A DNA stretch of 64,000 nucleotides from Candidatus Lustribacter sp. (lineage in GTDB: Bacteria > Vulcanimicrobiota > Vulcanimicrobiia > Vulcanimicrobiales > Vulcanimicrobiaceae): positions 2,144,001 through 2,208,000 of the forward strand of contig OZ255842.1 in the NCBI GenBank assembly GCA_965277805.1. Direction: 5' to 3'. The notes under the pieces were generated by a model, which worked only from the letters and a program-made list of their open reading frames with translations, had not been told where the DNA came from and ran no database searches. Shown here one piece after another: positions 62,630 to 64,000 of the stretch (position 1 is the first letter of the stretch; every line of letters starts with the position of its first letter). Both the position numbers and the translations under genes were made by a program.

Positions 62630-63864
62630 AGAACACGATCTCGCACGTCACCCCGAGCTTGTCGAGGGGCCGCCTCCATCATCACATTTGGTGGGTAACA
62701 GCTGCTGCGGCGACCCTTCTCACCAGCCTCAGCCAACTCGGCGGGGCGGCAATGTCCGCCACCAACGAGCCGTACCAGATCAACGTCGTTACCCCGGCGA
62801 CCGGCAGCGGTGCGTTTCTCGGCAAATCGTACAAGGAAACGTTCAGCGCACTCGAGGTCGCGGTGAATCGCTCGGGCGGTATTCAAGGACGAAAAGTTGC
62901 CTTCGTGCTTAACGATTCACAGACGTCGCCGCAAACCGGCCTGCAAATCGTCAACGGCTTGATCGCAAAACACGTGCAAGTCTTTATCGACGGCGGGCCG
63001 AGCACCGTCTGCGGCCCGAGCGTGGCAGTGGTGCAAAACACCGGCCCGGTCGACTACTGCCTCTCGCCCATCATTCATCCGCCGACCGGCAGCTACGTTT
63101 TCTCTGCCGGACTCTCGAGCGTCGATCAAGCCCGGCTCGCCGTGCGCTACTATCGCGAGCGCGGCTGGACGAAGATCGCGATGCTGAGCTCCACCGACAC
63201 GACCGGCGCCGATCTCGAACGTCAAACCGATGCGGCGCTCACTGAAAACGAAAACAAGGGCGTGCAGATCGTCACGCGCGACCACTTCAACGGCACGGAC
63301 CTCAGCGTTGCCGCGCAAATCTCCCGCATCAAGTCGAGCGATGCGCAGGCCGTACTCGTGTGGACCACCGGCACACCGTTCGGCACCGTCGTGCGCTCGA
63401 TGAAAGACGCGGGACTCAACTTGCCCGTACTCACCACGAATTCGAACATGACCTACGCGCAGATGAGCGCGTATGCCGACACGCTGCCGGAGCAGATGTA
63501 CTTTCCGGCACTCCTCGCGTTGACACCGGAAGGCACCGGCAAAGGCCCGCTGCACGATGCCCAGCAGGCCTACCTCGCGGCATTCAAGGCCGTCGGCGTG
63601 CGTCCCGACGAGGGTCACATCCTGGCGTGGGATCCGACGATGATCGTCGTCACCGCACTGCGCAGCATCGGACCGGATGCGACGGCAACGCAAATCCGTG
63701 ATTTCATCCTGCATTTGCACGGCTGGGTCGGCGTCGACGGCGTCTACGACTTCTCATCGGGCAATCAGCGCGGCGTCGCCGACAACGCTGCTGCGATCGC
63801 GCGCTGGTCCCCCGAAAAAGGGACCTGGATCCGCGTAAGCCGCCCGCAAGCCTATCTCAAATGA
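62626..63864 (+). CDS. Orphan ABC substrate-binding protein (LivK-like)
   Basis: TGSGAFLG, NRSGGIQGRK, DSQTSPQ, YCLSP; paralog of the 17270 gene; REP inside the N-terminal signal region. Confidence 0.9.
   Translation: MKNTISHVTPSLSRGRLHHHIWWVTAAAATLLTSLSQLGGAAMSATNEPYQINVVTPATGSGAFLGKSYKETFSALEVAVNRSGGIQGRKVAFVLNDSQTSPQTGLQIVNGLIAKHVQVFIDGGPSTVCGPSVAVVQNTGPVDYCLSPIIHPPTGSYVFSAGLSSVDQARLAVRYYRERGWTKIAMLSSTDTTGADLERQTDAALTENENKGVQIVTRDHFNGTDLSVAAQISRIKSSDAQAVLVWTTGTPFGTVVRSMKDAGLNLPVLTTNSNMTYAQMSAYADTLPEQMYFPALLALTPEGTGKGPLHDAQQAYLAAFKAVGVRPDEGHILAWDPTMIVVTALRSIGPDATATQIRDFILHLHGWVGVDGVYDFSSGNQRGVADNAAAIARWSPEKGTWIRVSRPQAYLK
62647..62674 (+). repeat. REP-like palindrome (CCCC/GGGG variant) in the 5' end of the SBP gene
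   Basis: GTCACCCCGAGCTTGTCGAGGGGCCGCC, encoding VTPSLSRGR. Confidence 0.85.
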
Positions 63865-64000
63865 GCATCTGCCTGATGAAAATGCTCTTGGGTACCATTA
63901 TGGCCAAGTGGCTTACGCGCCTCGTGGCAACGGTATTGCTGATCTCGCTTGCGCTCGTGCCGAACGTGGCGCGCGCCGAAGACCCCTACGAGATCTATGT
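63861..64000 (+). CDS. Probable further ABC substrate-binding protein, runs off the right edge
   Basis: MAKWLTRLVATVLLISLALVPNVARA-EDPYEIY: signal peptide plus a PYEI start like the 17270 and 62626 paralogs; start is 63861 or 63900. Confidence 0.7.
   Translation, partial: MSICLMKMLLGTIMAKWLTRLVATVLLISLALVPNVARAEDPYEIY

Overview
GC-rich, gene-dense bacterial window given over almost entirely to accessory catabolism of aromatic or heterocyclic compounds and to solute uptake. It holds about 69 CDS: 3 Rieske oxygenase alpha subunits, a Rieske ferredoxin/amidohydrolase-fold oxygenase module, a flavin monooxygenase, VOC, LigB-like and cupin dioxygenases, LigJ, three 4,5-dihydroxyphthalate-decarboxylase-like paralogs, aldolases, TPP enzymes, 10 solute-binding proteins for only 2 ABC membrane complexes, and MarR/IclR/LysR/MmyB-type regulators. 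I saw no rRNA, tRNA, CRISPR or transposase. The expanded orphan SBP repertoire is reminiscent of Vulcanimicrobiota (Eremiobacterota/WPS-2); that taxonomy is inference only. The most unusual signal is a family of (Y)GTC-tagged REP-like hairpins: 9 full copies plus 4 tandem half-copies, all in one orientation, with compensatory base changes, and three inside reading frames. Each sits in a halo of several hundred bp where the + strand loses G whichever strand is coding, which suggests element-centred, strand-specific mutagenesis. Other highlights: a Rieske oxygenase/YciI/PrdB-like (Cys) operon, a dinuclear-oxygenase-like module co-transcribed with an NRAMP-fold transporter, a tandem 3-HAO-like cupin pair, and a catalytically degenerate LigD-POL-like gene absent from the ORF track. 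Product calls come from motif recognition, not database searches; base counts are hand counts.
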